A program made the position numbers and the translations under genes. Positions 11,870-25,750 of a stretch of 64,000 nt of DNA are shown piece after piece. The notes beneath the pieces were generated by a model that searched no databases, was not told where the DNA came from, and was given only the letters and a program-made list of their open reading frames with translations. How positions within the stretch are numbered: position 1 is the stretch's first letter; each line of letters begins with the position of its first letter. Source of the stretch: Octopus sinensis (Eukaryota); assembly GCF_006345805.1 (NCBI RefSeq), contig NC_043007.1, positions 65,038,001 to 65,102,000 on the forward strand, in the 5' to 3' direction.

Positions 11870-13260
11870 AGGTCGCTTTAAAAGCAGGGTTACCCTCTCC
11901 CTTAGGTCCCCACACATATATGTGGTGGCAATCAGCAAGACCAGAATCTCCGACGCATGAGTCTTCGGTGGATACGAGATCTATTTATCTTGAAATCAAC
12001 CGAGATTGGGAGGCGGAGTTGCTGCGTCAATTCATATATGACTAGCTCTTGCAGTACGAATCGTCTTTTTAAACTCAGAAGGTAAATTTGTGGTACTGAT
12101 CTTGAACAGCAGTGAATACCATTTTTTTTTCAGACTAGTAGCTGTTTACAGCCCTGGGGCCGGGTAATAAGATTTCATTAAGTGCCTGGAGTGTTTCCTG
12201 GGAACGAGTTGCTCATTAGTGTCAGTGAGAGATTGGAACAGTATCTTCGATGCACAGTATCTTCGATGTACTCTTTAGTGCAGGACAATAGAAGAAGGGT
12301 ATACAATAGCCTTAAAAACCTGTGAAGACATTTCCAACTATGTCACAGGTACCGAGTGGATTTCCTGAAAGTGCAAATATGGATATGAGCAAACTATAAA
12401 CGGTTATCCTGAGCATATCTAGAAAGAGTATTGTGTAGTTCAGTCGTTTGGGATAGCATAGCTTATTCACAATTTACAACACCATCACCGACTCTGTATA
12501 CTGTCTGAATGCTATGCCTTTCCCTTGTTAGTAACTTCCTGATCAAATTGAGACGTCTGTCACTCAATTTCTTGAGAAAGAAATGTGTTCCACTGGTAAA
12601 GCAATCCATCAGTTGCTCTGAGGCTTAGGCATACTGTGGCTGCTGGTGCACAGACATATGCTGAAATTGCACTACCTGCAACGATTCCTAGACGGTTAAC
12701 ATGTGTAGGCACCGTTCGTGCGGCACGTCTTTCCCTTGCGCGTCTCCATGTTGGATCTGTAGGTCCGAATGAAGCCAATACCGAGATTGGGCATCTGGGA
12801 TCTAGAATGTTGTCAGGCGCTCCCATCCCTCTCCAAGTTGGGCAACTAGATCGATGGATGTTCCACCCAAGCTATTTATCGAGGATTAGCTGCGGAGAAG
12901 AGTGCCAGGGTTCTCGGAGAATGTCTGGACGTCAGTGAAATGACCTAGCTAGTTGTTCCTGAGGAATTTTCGATCAGGGAATACCCGTGGAGATAAAGAC
13001 TTTACTTTTTGATTAATCCCTCATCAACTTCTTCAAGTGAAACTTTAAGAGGAAAATAAGGGTGGAAAGGGTTGCCTTCTAGCCATTTTGTTGAAAGGTG
13101 CATAGGAGTGGTGAGAATGGTGCGAGTGAACGAGCTTTCCTTGTGAATACGCCTGTAAATCGGATATAAGGAACTGCGAAAAGCACTTGCCCCAGAAGTC
13201 AGAGTACCCGTGGTTTTATGGGGTTTTTGCACGAGGATCTGCTCCCTATTGAGGAAAACT
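11870..13260 (-). mobile_element. Probable highly decayed DIRS1-like (tyrosine-recombinase) retrotransposon fragment
   Basis: Across frameshifts, in DIRS order: DL.AY (RT), LYLHG.SLI (YLDD region), GEGW (RNase H DAS..GW), HVNRL (HIN.LE), NLIRKLLTR...IQT (N..AD.LSR), then an IVYP/P..W.like stretch. All matches are weak. Confidence 0.4.
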
Positions 13261-14329
13261 CATTTTTAAAATGTTATTACTATCTTTCTTTTGTTAAACC
13301 AGTTGGCAAGCAAAATCCTCACAATAACACACATGCACATCCATAAACACACACGCACACAATCAGTGTTTTTTTCTGTGCCGTCCTTAGTGTTTTCTCT
13401 CAATGTAACAAAGAAATCATCATCATCATCATCATTTTTATTGTTGTTGTTGTTGTTGCCAGTTATACTAAGAAGTTGGAGTGACAGAAATAGAAAGGTG
13501 CCAGGATATTTATGTTTCATTCTCAAATCAAATGTTATTGGGATTCTCCGTGACCCATATTCGTCTAGAGTCGATGAAATTTGCACCAGAAATCGATTAA
13601 ATCGATTCTTTATTCATCTTCAATAAATCTGTGGCTTTGTGGTTTTGTAAATAAAATTAATATTATCCTAGCAGGAACTGATTTAAACGTTCTCCCCTTC
13701 CTACATTAGATTTGCTAAAATAGATATTAGCATCATACAGTTGTATGCGTATAGTTACCTACCAAATGTGTGGTCCCGCACCGATGTTAGAAACCATTAT
13801 TATTGATTGCATGTAGTATGGCAGTGAGTCGACAAAAGCAGGTATCTCCACGGACCGAATTACATAAGGTAGCTAGTTACATTAAATCTGTGAGTTGAAC
13901 TCCTACAGGCATCCGACTGGGGTGGATTAGATGAAGTAGCAGTTCGGTACTGAGAACGGGCGACCGGCTACATCCAACTGACTCAAGTTTTTGGCTTTGT
14001 GCCAATCTGAGAAATCATTATTGTTTGTTTTCATTGTAGTAATAGTTGTAGTAGTAGTAGCAGCAGAAGTAGCAACAGTAGCAGCAGATGTAGTAGTGGT
14101 GGTAGCAGCAGCACAGGCAGCAGTAGTTGATGTCGACGTTGTTGTTAGAGAAAAAAACTGTTGCTGCGGATGTGAACTGTAACAAGTGTTGGCATGTTGG
14201 AAAATGGAGATTCTACTTACATCGTTACATCGTTATTGATCTGTATCTCAAAGTTCTTAGGCATACTTGTGTCTGTAGGTGTCTGTATGTATGTATACAT
14301 ATATATATATATGTATGTGTGTGTATCAA

Positions 14330-14721
14330 CATCAACATCATCATCATTGAACGCCTGTCTTACATGCTGGCATGGGTTTGACCATTTGACAGGATTTGGC
14401 AAGCCAGAGGACTGCGCAAAGCTTTACTGTATCTTCTAGCATGGTTTCCAAGGCTGGATGCCCTTCCCAACGCCAATCACTTTACATAGAGCACTGGGTG
14501 CTTTTCATGTGGCACCATCACCAGCGAGGTCACCGAGTAACTTTCAAAATAATGATCTCTCAAATGAATGGGGGAGTAGTAGTGAATGTGTTGGTTTTGT
14601 GCTAGTGACAAGAGGTTAAACTATGATAGACGGACATAAAGAGGTGTCTTGCTGTAGAGGAGATACATGGTTGCTCTAATCAGAGGAGGAGATTGAAAGA
14701 GAGTGAAAAAGAGAGAGCGCT

Positions 14722-14765
<44 letters not shown>

Positions 14766-16440
14766 GGCGATGTATCAGGGCGTACCCTCAAGGGAGAAGG
14801 GAGTGAATGTAAGTGGAGTGGTAGAGAAATGGACAGGGTGCGTGAGCAGAGAGTTTACGAGTGTGCAAAGGGCGAGAAAGGAAGGAGAGGGGGAATGTAG
14901 TGCCTGGTGAAACACAGGTATGTATTGGAACGACAGGAGAGTAAGGACACAATTGGCAGGAGTAGGACAGGAAAGAAAGATGACAGAGCGGCTTTGAACT
15001 GCAGGAGTGTGGGGGTAGAGACACGGACGGTATGGAGATGTAGCTTGGTTCATTGCAGTGGACTGCGTAAATTAATGTTACTTATGAGTGAAAACGCATT
15101 GCGCTTCCTCTAGAACTCAGCTTTGCTGAGATGAGTAGGATTTCTAAAGCAACTCATATCTCCAGACACCTTGATCCATTTTCATCTCCCTCGTTAAAGT
15201 CAATATTTAGAAATCAGCCCTTATCTTCCTGGGTTTCCCTCTTCCATATGTGTGTGTGATTCAAGTGACTGGCACTTTTTTATACAGCCACCTTCATTCA
15301 TATGCATCACCTGACCCTACAATGGTAGTATTCTCACTTGCATTCAACATCTAATTCATCTAATGTCTAATTTTTCTCTCTGCATATTTGCACTTTGCCA
15401 TACATGTACACTGTTGTTACATATCCAACGGAGCATACTAGTTTCATTCCCCTCCAGTTTTCGCATGTCCTATGTATTCAAGGCTCACACCTCACTATCA
15501 TGGAGCCTACCTGTTCGTACACAAGCATCGTACAACCTGAGATCCACTTACAGAGAGAGGTTTGTTAATAACAGCTCTTTGAACTTCCTCCACCCTATTC
15601 CTATTGTTGGAATAAGAACATCCTCCTCCACTGCTAATTTGGTCATTTAGGTAACAGCAACTATCTACAACCTCACAAAAATCACCTGGGCATTTGAGAA
15701 AATCTAATTCTTGTGTGTTCTTGGTACTTATTTTTCTTGTGCATCTGCACATACAAAAACAATTTTCTGTTAACCTACCTGTGATTCCACTCTGCCTATT
15801 GTATGTTCATTGCCTGTGCTTTCCAACACCTGTCCTGCATAGTGAGCAGGGCTGCTTACTTGATGGAAAGAGAATCTTATCTGTTTTCGTGCTCACAACA
15901 TTGGTATTCTCTAGAGTAAATTTAAGGCCCTTTAGTTTTGATTCTATAACTCGAATTTCTTTTCCAGTTCTGCTACTGATACTGCTATAAGAGCGAATCA
16001 GTATTAAATTCTTTTTGGTCACGAGGACTATGATGAACAAGAGGAGACAATGAGAACTGAGCGCTGGTGAACTCTTCTTTGCACAATAAATTCGTACTTG
16101 TACTCATAGCCGACTGTCACCATACTGACAGTACTCTTATCAATGGCTTGTACAGCTCTAAAAAGGTACTCATCAACTTCTAACTTCCTTAGAGACTACC
16201 AGATAACAGGGCAAGTTACTCTGACAAAAGATTTCTCCGGGTTCAGGGAAGCAAGTATTATGGTTTACTTTTGCCTAGATACTTCTCCTCCAGCTGCCTT
16301 ACTAGGGAGATGGCATCTGCAGTAGCCTTTGCTGGCACAAAGCCAAACTGCTTCTCATCTAGTTTAATTCTATTTTTAATTAATTGGGCAATAACTTTCT
16401 TTGTAACTTTCATGACCTGATCCAGCAGTTTGCATGCATA
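14330..16440 (-). mobile_element. 5'-truncated RTE-clade LINE with 3' UTR
   Basis: QFGFVPAKATADAISLVRQLEEKYLGKSKP, GLKFTLENT...PCSLCRTGVG, GHVMHMNEG.CIKKCQSL. The 3' end reads GGCGTTGGGAAGGGCATCCAGCC...CGTTCAATGATGATGATG. Confidence 0.9.
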
Positions 16441-16560
16441 TTTAAACACACACACACACACACACACATGCATATTAGATCTGTATGAACACACATATCT
16501 AAGCATAAGTATCTGCATACATATGCACATATATATGTACATACATATACCTTCACAGAC

Positions 16561-16662
<102 letters not shown>

Positions 16663-17307
16663 ATACGTACAGATACACACACATATATACATATATGTCA
16701 GTGTGTACAGTTATAAGCTCTGATATGGATATATGAGTCTCTCTGTTCACCTGTTCAGAGAAAGGAGACAGATCGAAGAATATACATACATATATACATG
16801 ATTAAACACATAAATGCATACATATGTACATGTTTATACTGCCTTTAATTAATATATATACACACACACACACGCACGCACATACACACACACACACACA
16901 CAATTATGTTTAAGGGCATAGAAAAAAAACGGTGCCTATATGCTGAAAGGAGACGTAAAATCGTCTAACCACTTTAAATGATCACCTATTACACACATTT
17001 TGAAATCAAGGGAGTAAACTAACAAATCCATAACATAATTCAGTTAGACTTGGATTGATCAATTTCTGGATGAGTCTAATACACTTTTTCCCGTCAGTAA
17101 AGCATACTTGGGGAAATAAATGGGATATTTATACATACTCACAAGGGAGCAAACACAAAGCCCCGATTACATATAAATACCACAGATAAATCCACATAGT
17201 ATTTCGTAGCCTCCGAAATGATGTGTGTAATAGTCATTTAAAATGATTAGACGATTTCGCATCTCTTTTTAGCACATAGGCATAGTTTTTTCTATGCCAT
17301 TAAATAC

Positions 17308-17343
<36 letters not shown>

Positions 17344-17403
17344 CTGTACCCATATATATGGTGTTCACTTGCTTCAGCTTTATTTTATGCTAATCGTATT
17401 TCG

Positions 17404-20400
17404 GCTCATGTTGTAAGATTTGTCACATATGTTGAAAAACTGAGAGTCAAGCGGGTGGGTATTCATGTCGTCGGCCCTTCTGGTGTTATCCTCCTCACTA
17501 CCGCTACTACTACCACTACCACTAGTGGTAGTAATAGTAGAGTTGATGATGGTAGCAGTAACGACGTTAGTGGTAGTAGTAGTGGTAGTAAGGAAAATGA
17601 CCCTAGAATTGCCAACAACATCAATACCCATCCCCTTGACACCCAGCTTTTCAACATATGTGACAAATCGTACAACATGAGCAGTATTTACCCGACAACA
17701 TTACCCTTTAACAAAAGGGCCTGCATCACAAGATATACTAGTGATCACATGGAAGCACAATTCACTATACCTAGGACCAAACTTTGAAAGATTTTAGAAC
17801 TATACACTAAGATAAAAAATAAGACAGATGCCCAACAACCCGGGAATATACCGTGTTGCCTACCTAAGCTCATGCAGCTCAGGATGAACGGAGAGGTGGT
17901 ATGCCTCCCCACATATAAGTCCGGCAGAATGTCGATAGACAGCTTGCCGAACTACATCCAGGTAATGCAACCTCACATCGCCAATATGAAAGTAACAACT
18001 TTGCGAGCGCATGAGGAGAGAGAAAAGGTCCTCAACGCTCACATGATGATGTGGACAATTGTTCTTGGACCACATAAGCGCATAGCCAACAATTTACAAG
18101 CCTGGAACAACAACATCCCGAAGCTGTATGGACTCCGCAAGGACCACAAAGTAACCACTGATCCTGTGGCGGGACCACCAACAAGACCAGTCAGTCTGTG
18201 GAGCGAATATCGCTAGCAACTACAGGATCTCCTACTTCCTCTCAATGATCATACACCCCATAAGCCGGATGTCACCTGATGTTTGTGACAGCACGGAACA
18301 TCTCCTCAGCAGGATCAACTACTGTAACAATACCTGCGACCTGACAGGATGTAGTGGGTAGTATGCATGTGCTATCCCTATACCCATCTGTCGACGTAGA
18401 TTTTGCGGTGGAGAAGTGCGTGGAGATGATCAACGAGAGCGAAGTGGAGTTCCACAATGTCAACATAGAGGAACTGGGCCTCCTACTTAGACTGACATAT
18501 GACAATGAATATATAGACAAACATTACCTTAGAAGTTTCTACTCCAGTAGACGTGTAAGTGGTAGACCACCCACAATTACTTCTATGGGTAGGAAGACCC
18601 CTATAGAGAGATGGATCAGATGGACCAGAACCATACGGACCCCCGTAAACGAATATCAAGTAAAGAAAATGATCGCACATGCACTAGGAGCTAGTATAAG
18701 AGTTGCCCTAAAAGGCCACACGTTTAAGTTTAACAACAATGCATACGCCTAGGATGAGGGGACAGCCAACAGGGTTAGTATCACCGGTGATGTGGCCAAA
18801 CTTTTCATGGTATGGTGGGAGAGAAGGCTTAAAGAACGCCTGATACAGAACTCCATACTCATGAACATGTACTCTACTATGTCGATGATATCAAGGTAGT
18901 GGTAAAGGTACCCCCACAAGAGAGTACTCTTGAAATAGAAATAGAAACTAATACTGTGGAGAGCATCCATCAAATAGCTAACTCTATCCGCTAGAGTATT
19001 AAGGTTACGATAGACTACCCTTCGAAAGAAACACTCTAGCCATAGACTACCAGTACTAGATACAGAACTCTGGCTGGAAACTGTGAATAATAAAACCCGA
19101 ATCCTTCATTCACACTTTGCCAAACCTATGACCTCCAAATACCTGATCCACCGGAACTCAGTATCGCGGACAATGCCAAATTCAATATATTGATAGAAGA
19201 CCTCATCAGAGTAGTGAGAAATGTGTCATGCATGTGCGACCCTACGGAGTTACAGAGACACATACATCATTTCGTTCAAAGCATGCAGTTCTCAGGATAC
19301 AGCCAAACAGAAAGGATCAGAGTATATAAAGGAGCTATGAGGAAATTTGAAACTATCATACATAACGATCAGAATGGGATTTGCCCATTCTATAGGAGCA
19401 AGTCGTGGAACACCATTGAAAAGAATGAGATGAAAAAAGGAAGGCCAACTCATGGCATGATAGCCACAAATACCACAGTGTCATGTTCGTCGACACCACC
19501 CTAAGAGGCGAACTGGCGTACCGCTTCAGAATGGCCCTAAACAAACTTAAGCTAAGAATTAAAGTTGTAGAAAGGCCAGGCAACCCTATCAAATCCCTAA
19601 TCGGTAGAACCTTTTTAGTAGGTGTAAAGCCAGGGATGTAGTCTATAGTATAAGATGTACAGAGGGACGGTGCAGTAACAAGACAACGACGTACGTAGAC
19701 GTAGAGGAAACAGTACAGAGCATAGGAGAGCGGGTAAATGAACATCGGAGGGAACTTAAGGAAGAGAAGAGCTCATCGGTTCTGTACCAGCACGCCGAGC
19801 AGGAACACGGTGACTCGCTCAACAACATAGAAGTTAAAATCTAGTCCACACATAGAACAGACGCAACGCTTAGACAATTTACAGAAGCTACACACATAAT
19901 AGAAGATAAACCTAGCCTGAATAGGAAACTAGAATGCAACACTAGCACCCCCCCACCACACCACAACCTATGACAGAATAAGATCCCCATAAACTGATAA
20001 CAATATGAATATAATATAATACAATACACAGATAAATGAATGGAATTAAATAACTATATACATTAACAAAATAAAATAAATTGAATTGAATAAAAAAAAG
20101 AAACAAAAAAGAAAGAAAAGAAAAGCAAATGAGCAAAATAAATAAAGACAAATTACACGAACGTGTATAAACAGGAGATACTGATAATACAAGCACATCC
20201 CCCCATACACTAAGCATAGACACACAGGGTTATACGCATTCGCGAATAAAGACACAATAGGAATACAAAATGGCTGATCATTAGTAAGAAAAGACACACA
20301 AAAAAGAAATAAAAAAGCAAAGGACCACTGATGAGGTCACAGATGCGTGACGAAAGAACTCTGGCCGAAATGCGATGAATATAAAATAAAGCTGAAACAA

Positions 20401-20520
20401 GTGAACACTAAATATAGAGTGCATGTGGTTTTTATTATCCAAACTGGCAACATGACCATCCCCAAATACAACAATATCTGTTTCAACACACGAATTCCTA
20501 TCAGGAATCTTGCAAAACAA
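17404..20520 (+). mobile_element. Near full-length Penelope-like retroelement (RT plus GIY-YIG endonuclease), disrupted
   Basis: PKLYGLRKDHK..DP..GPPTRPV, GSMHVLSLYPS, HTFKFNN.AY, TGDVAKLFMVWW, LHSHFAKPMTSK, FSGYS; C-terminus CKARDVVYSIRC...TYV..EET...ERVNEH...VLYQH..QEH...LRQFTEATHI...KPSLN. A 3' pLTR-like region carries a hammerhead. Confidence 0.9.
20322..20366 (+). ncRNA. Type I hammerhead ribozyme in the PLE 3' terminal region
   Basis: GGACCA-CTGATGA-GGTCAC(agatgc)GTGAC-GAAA-G(aa)C-TC-TGGCC: canonical core, stem II with one bulge, minimal stem III, CUC triplet. Confidence 0.7.
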
Positions 20521-20858
20521 ATATATAAACGTGTGTGTGTATGTATGTATGTATGTATGTATGTATGTATGTATGTATGTATGTATGTATGTATGTATGT
20601 ATGTATGCATGTGTATGAATATGTATATATATATGTATGTGTGTGTGTATGTGTGTGTGTGTTAAATACAAAGGAGGTGTGTCGTTTGTTCACGTGTAAA
20701 ATATTTCTGTGTGCAAATTTCTATTCACTGAAAATGTTTTGGTCACCAACATTTAGAGCATTATTATACTTAATTACATAAAGTATGTTATTGGTCTATA
20801 TGAGTTGATTCCTTTAACACTAATTTTGACACACACAAACACGCGTGAGCACACACAC

Positions 20859-20898
<40 letters not shown>

Positions 20899-22335
20899 AC
20901 ACACACACATACACACACACACACATGCACATACACACTCACGTGCGCGCACATGCACGATGTTTTATGGAAGCCAAAAACCTCCACCAGACAGAACAGT
21001 ATTTCTGAAATAATGCAATGATTTGGAAACGGTTATAAATAGTGCAATGTATATTATTAAAAAAAATATTCAAATAAAATTTAAAGCTGCTAGGAAAAAA
21101 TATTATGGCTTTCCAAAATTAAAGAAGTCCTTTGGATAGTACGATTAGCAGTTGACAGAAGACAACATACAAATTAAAACGTAGTAAAATATAGCTGAAT
21201 AAAATGAATCGCAATATAGATTCATAGGAAAATCTTTATAATATATGTAGCCAGTTAAAAATACCTGGCAAAAATCGGTTCGGAAATTAAGAAACATACA
21301 CAAAGCAAGTAAAAAGAAAAATGTTCAAGCAAGGCAGGTGAGTGTCACAAATAAATAAATGAGTTTGGTATCACGAAGATTAAAAGGGAATTTATGTATA
21401 AAAAACACCAAGGAAAAAAACAGAAAGGGTAATGCTAGTGAGAGACGGGGAAGGGACTATATGTATGGATGTATTTATACATCCATACATATGTATGTGT
21501 GTGTGTGTGAATGTTAAGTATGCAAACAAGCATCGGCATAACTCGTAGGCTGCACAAAAGCTGCACACATAAACACACACCGATATACATCCATCCATCC
21601 ATCCATCCATCCATCCATCCATCCATCCATACATACATACATACATAAAAATACGTATAGTGAAAATCACTTCTTTGATTGTAGAATTTACAATCTACAA
21701 TGGTTTCCATCGTATGAACATATTTAGCCGACAATTGTTTCTATCGTATTAACATATTTAGATGTAGAAAATATTGAAATTATTATTTCCGAAAATACGT
21801 GTTAACACAGCGTTTTTAAGGCGATTCAAAATTAATTGAATTGAAAGTAAACTAAGGAAATACTTCCAGTGCACGAACGCCAACAAAAAGAATGTTAAGA
21901 AGAAATATAATCTATTTGGATCTACTTGTCATATATGAGGAATTGTATATTCTACTTGCATTTATAGGTGTCTGATTGTTATAGGTGTCTGATTGTTATA
22001 GGTGTCTGATATAGTTGACCAAATTCGCTTAAAACTGAGTATTTTATTGATATCTGCCAGGGTTTTAAATCCCTTTTTTTCTTCATATTACATACATATA
22101 TAATTACGAGTTATGCAGAAGCATGTTTGCATGTTTTACATTCATATGCTTGTCAGTGCACATATGTAGATGCGTACACGTGGAATGGTTTATATGTTGT
22201 ACATAAAGTGAGTTCAAATGTAGAAGTTGTTTAGTAAGAGTTTCTGAAACAGTAAAAGGATTTATGGGTCTCGGCATATACACATTTTTACACTGGTACG
22301 TCTATATGTAATATATATATGCCTGTGTATATATG

Positions 22336-22407
<72 letters not shown>

Positions 22408-22409
<2 letters not shown>

Positions 22410-22761
22410 TAGCAGTATCGCCCGGCGTTGCTCGGGTTTGTAAGGGAAATAACTATAAAGCATTTTTAGAGAGTTATAGCCAAAAAATGGGAAAAAAATG
22501 ATGGTAAATTTTTTTTTTAGTTAAAAAGGTCGAGTTGCGTCTGTGGTTTGTGTTTGTGATTCTCGACCCCATGTCGAATTTATCGATTTTTTTCAGAACT
22601 GGGGGAACTTTTCAAAATTTTCGCTGCGTTAGTTTTGAATTATGACATTGGGCTATGTGTGTGTCAAGTTTCATCAGAATCGGTTGAAAGCCGTGGTCAG
22701 TGTGAGGGTACAACCTAACAGACACACAGACACACACACAGACAAACTGCCGTTTATATAT

Positions 22762-22764
<3 letters not shown>
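22408..22764 (+). mobile_element. Lep1-like non-autonomous Helitron-type element inserted in (TA)n
   Basis: 5' ACTAGC..TCGCCCGGCGTTGCTCGGG; 3' AAGTTTCATCAGAATCGG...(CAGA/CA)n ACAAACTGCCGTTTATATATAGAT. Confidence 0.7.
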
Positions 22765-22831
<67 letters not shown>

Positions 22832-22870
22832 CATATATATACCTGTGTATATATGTTTTATATGTATGTG

Positions 22871-22916
<46 letters not shown>

Positions 22917-23311
22917 TATATATATATATCGAGGGAAAAAGAGAGATGGAGAGAGAGAAAGTGACAGAGGGGGAAAAGAGAGAGTTCTATACACACATAT
23001 ATATGTATGCATGGATATCTGTCTGTTTATGTTCGAGATAATGTATGCATTTGTGAAAATGTTTCATGCATGTATGCGCTTATATGAATGCATACGTGAG
23101 CTTATGCATTTCTGCATTTCTTATGCACATGAAATTAAATGTAATTACATGTATGTGTGTAAGTTCTTTTATATTTTTTCGAATTTTTATATCCGTTTGC
23201 ATGAAAGAATTGTGGACTCCCTTCTATCGATATATAGACATACATGCATATACATACGTACAAATATGGAACACACATATATAAATACACATAGACGTTA
23301 GTATGCATATG

Positions 23312-23391
<80 letters not shown>

Positions 23392-23662
23392 CATATACAT
23401 ATATATACATGTGGATACACACACGCACACACAGATGTACACACGCAATTATATATATTCGATATATGCGTGTGTGTCTGTGAGTGTATGATAATGCGAC
23501 TGTGTAGATGTGCGAGGATAAATGTATGCATTAGTGCATATAAATAATTGATAAGCGTTGCCTCAGCTAACTAGTAGGACCTGGGGAATTAATGAGCAGA
23601 AACCGGTAAGACAGACAATGAAGAAATAGCTGAACAACGAAACTATATGTGCATGTGTGTGT

Positions 23663-23714
<52 letters not shown>

Positions 23715-24036
23715 TGTGTGTGTCTCTGTGTGTACGTGTGTTTGAAACTGAATACTAAAAGAGAAGACCTAAATAGTAAATAAATAAATGCATACAAACA
23801 TATTCATACTAATGAATATGGGTATACACACATTCCCGTACGTACATTCATTATAAACACCCACCCACACGCACACACGTATATGCACTTATACATGAAT
23901 ACATATAACTGGATATACACAAAAAATAATCAATAACAGTACAAAACAAAGAGAATGGTACAAATAAACTAGGATATGCATATGTATATACATATATTTA
24001 CGCATATATAAATGTAAGTATATATGTACGTATGAA

Positions 24037-24076
<40 letters not shown>

Positions 24077-24559
24077 CAGAAAGAGTGAGAGAGAGAGAGA
24101 GAGAGGAAAGAGAGGGCGATATTATGTATATAGGTATACATATATATAAATATATATATATATACATGTATATATAAACATATATACACTCTCAAATCTC
24201 TCTCTCTCTCTCTCTCTACACGCACACACACATGATGCTCCTGTTGTTATGTAACTTTCCTGCATTGATGTTCCTGGGACTGTCTAAGAGAAGTGCACTC
24301 GGATGTTAATTCTATGACCCGGGAGTACCCCGTCACCGTTTCCGATCTTTTGATGATAGCCGATTGACCTCAAGTGTAAAGTGTGTGGAACCAATACAAC
24401 ATACACATTGTAATACACGTAACTTAAATATATTTTGTGGCCCATCAATCATGCTTTCGTCTATCTACCTTCTTCGACCAGACATCACCTTAGCAGCGAT
24501 GGAAATTATACATAAACGGCAATTGGCAGATGAGACTGAAGACCATGACTCTGATCTCA

Positions 24560-25520
24560 CATAAACGATGTTAGGCGTATGGGTAGATTGATAGTGTTAC
24601 CGGAGATAATAGTAGCATTCGACTGCACTAGTACATTATTACCATGTCATACTGCTGTGAAACTGCGGTACTTCTTTCATGGTAGATCCTTAAGGACATA
24701 TTGTGTTTAAAAACACAGTATATCTCAAAGCTAAGCGAAGCAAAATCGTCTCTCATTTTTCGCATAAACTGTTATATCATCCATGAAAGGGAGATGATAT
24801 ATCTGACCATTTCTTTTTCCCGAATCGTAGCATCATAATGAGCGGTGTCATGGTCAATACGAATAGCAATGGAGATAAGCTATCACCTTGGAATATTCTT
24901 CGACTGATGTTCACTTTTCCGAATTTCCATTTTCCTACGATAAATTCAGCATTCGAATGTTTCATACTTTCATTGAGTATTTTCTCCAAGCTTTTTGCTA
25001 TTCCAAACGTGCTCATTGCTTTCTTATCCAGCTGTGTGGTATCATGTCATGTACACTTTTTTGTAATCTAGTGATGCTACATTCATTCCTGTCAATCTGC
25101 GTCTACAATTTCTAATTATCATTTTACTGGCTAATAATGATCTTTTGTTGCCCTACTTTGTTTCCTGCAGCCTTTCCCTTCTTCTGGAAGTAGATTGTTA
25201 TTTTCCAGATGGTTTTATAACTCCTTCGCCAAGACACTTGTCATCAGCTAAGTTATAGGCCGAAAATTTGATGCCAAGTTCCCATTCAAGGGATCCTTCA
25301 GGCATAGCAGCGTTCATCCACTTGTCATCCAAGCAGGGTGTAGGATGTCATCTAGTTGCGCAGCGATCCTTTCATGCAACTGTGTAAAGTTCTTCAACCA
25401 ATAGCCTTATACTCCATCCGCGCCTGGTCCTTTCCAGTTTGTTATATATTTTTAAATTTCTGCCTCACTGTCTCATGTCGATTTGTCTTATTACTGTTGC
25501 AAGTCGTCTTTCCATCTTTG
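24560..25520 (-). mobile_element. R4/Dong-like non-LTR retrotransposon RT fragment
   Basis: PAWMTSG.TLLCLKDP..G.....FGL, FQKKGKA, RRIFQGDSLSPLLFVLTMTPL, ISSPFHG/DDF.LL. Confidence 0.85.
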
Positions 25521-25559
25521 TTAGCCACTCCACGCTTTATTATTAATATTATTGTTATC

Positions 25560-25750
25560 AAGACGGTAAGATGCTTAGTGGTATTTCGTCTGCCGCTATG
25601 CTCTGAGTGCAAATTCCGCCGAAGTCGACTTTACCTTTTATCCTTTCGGGGTCGTTAAATTAAGTATCAGTGAAACAGTGAGGTCAATGTAATCGACTAG
25701 TCCCCTGCCCCCAAATTTCAGGCCTTGTGCCTTTAGTAGAAATGATTATT
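25560..25750 (+). mobile_element. SINE family A
   Basis: ATGCTTAGTGGTATTTCGTC...CTTTACCTTTTATCCTTTCGGGGTCG...GGCCTTGTGCC and an (ATT)n tail. Confidence 0.85.

Noticed and set aside
21962-22010. 17-bp direct repeats (also 16-17-bp duplications at 12238, 49345 and 56420)
   Set aside because: There are no spacers and no cas genes in this eukaryotic context; these are slippage duplications, not CRISPR.
22642-23531. Long ORFs (up to 219 aa) rich in YI/HT/CV repeats
   Set aside because: They are translations of (TA)n/(TG)n microsatellites, which lack stop codons.
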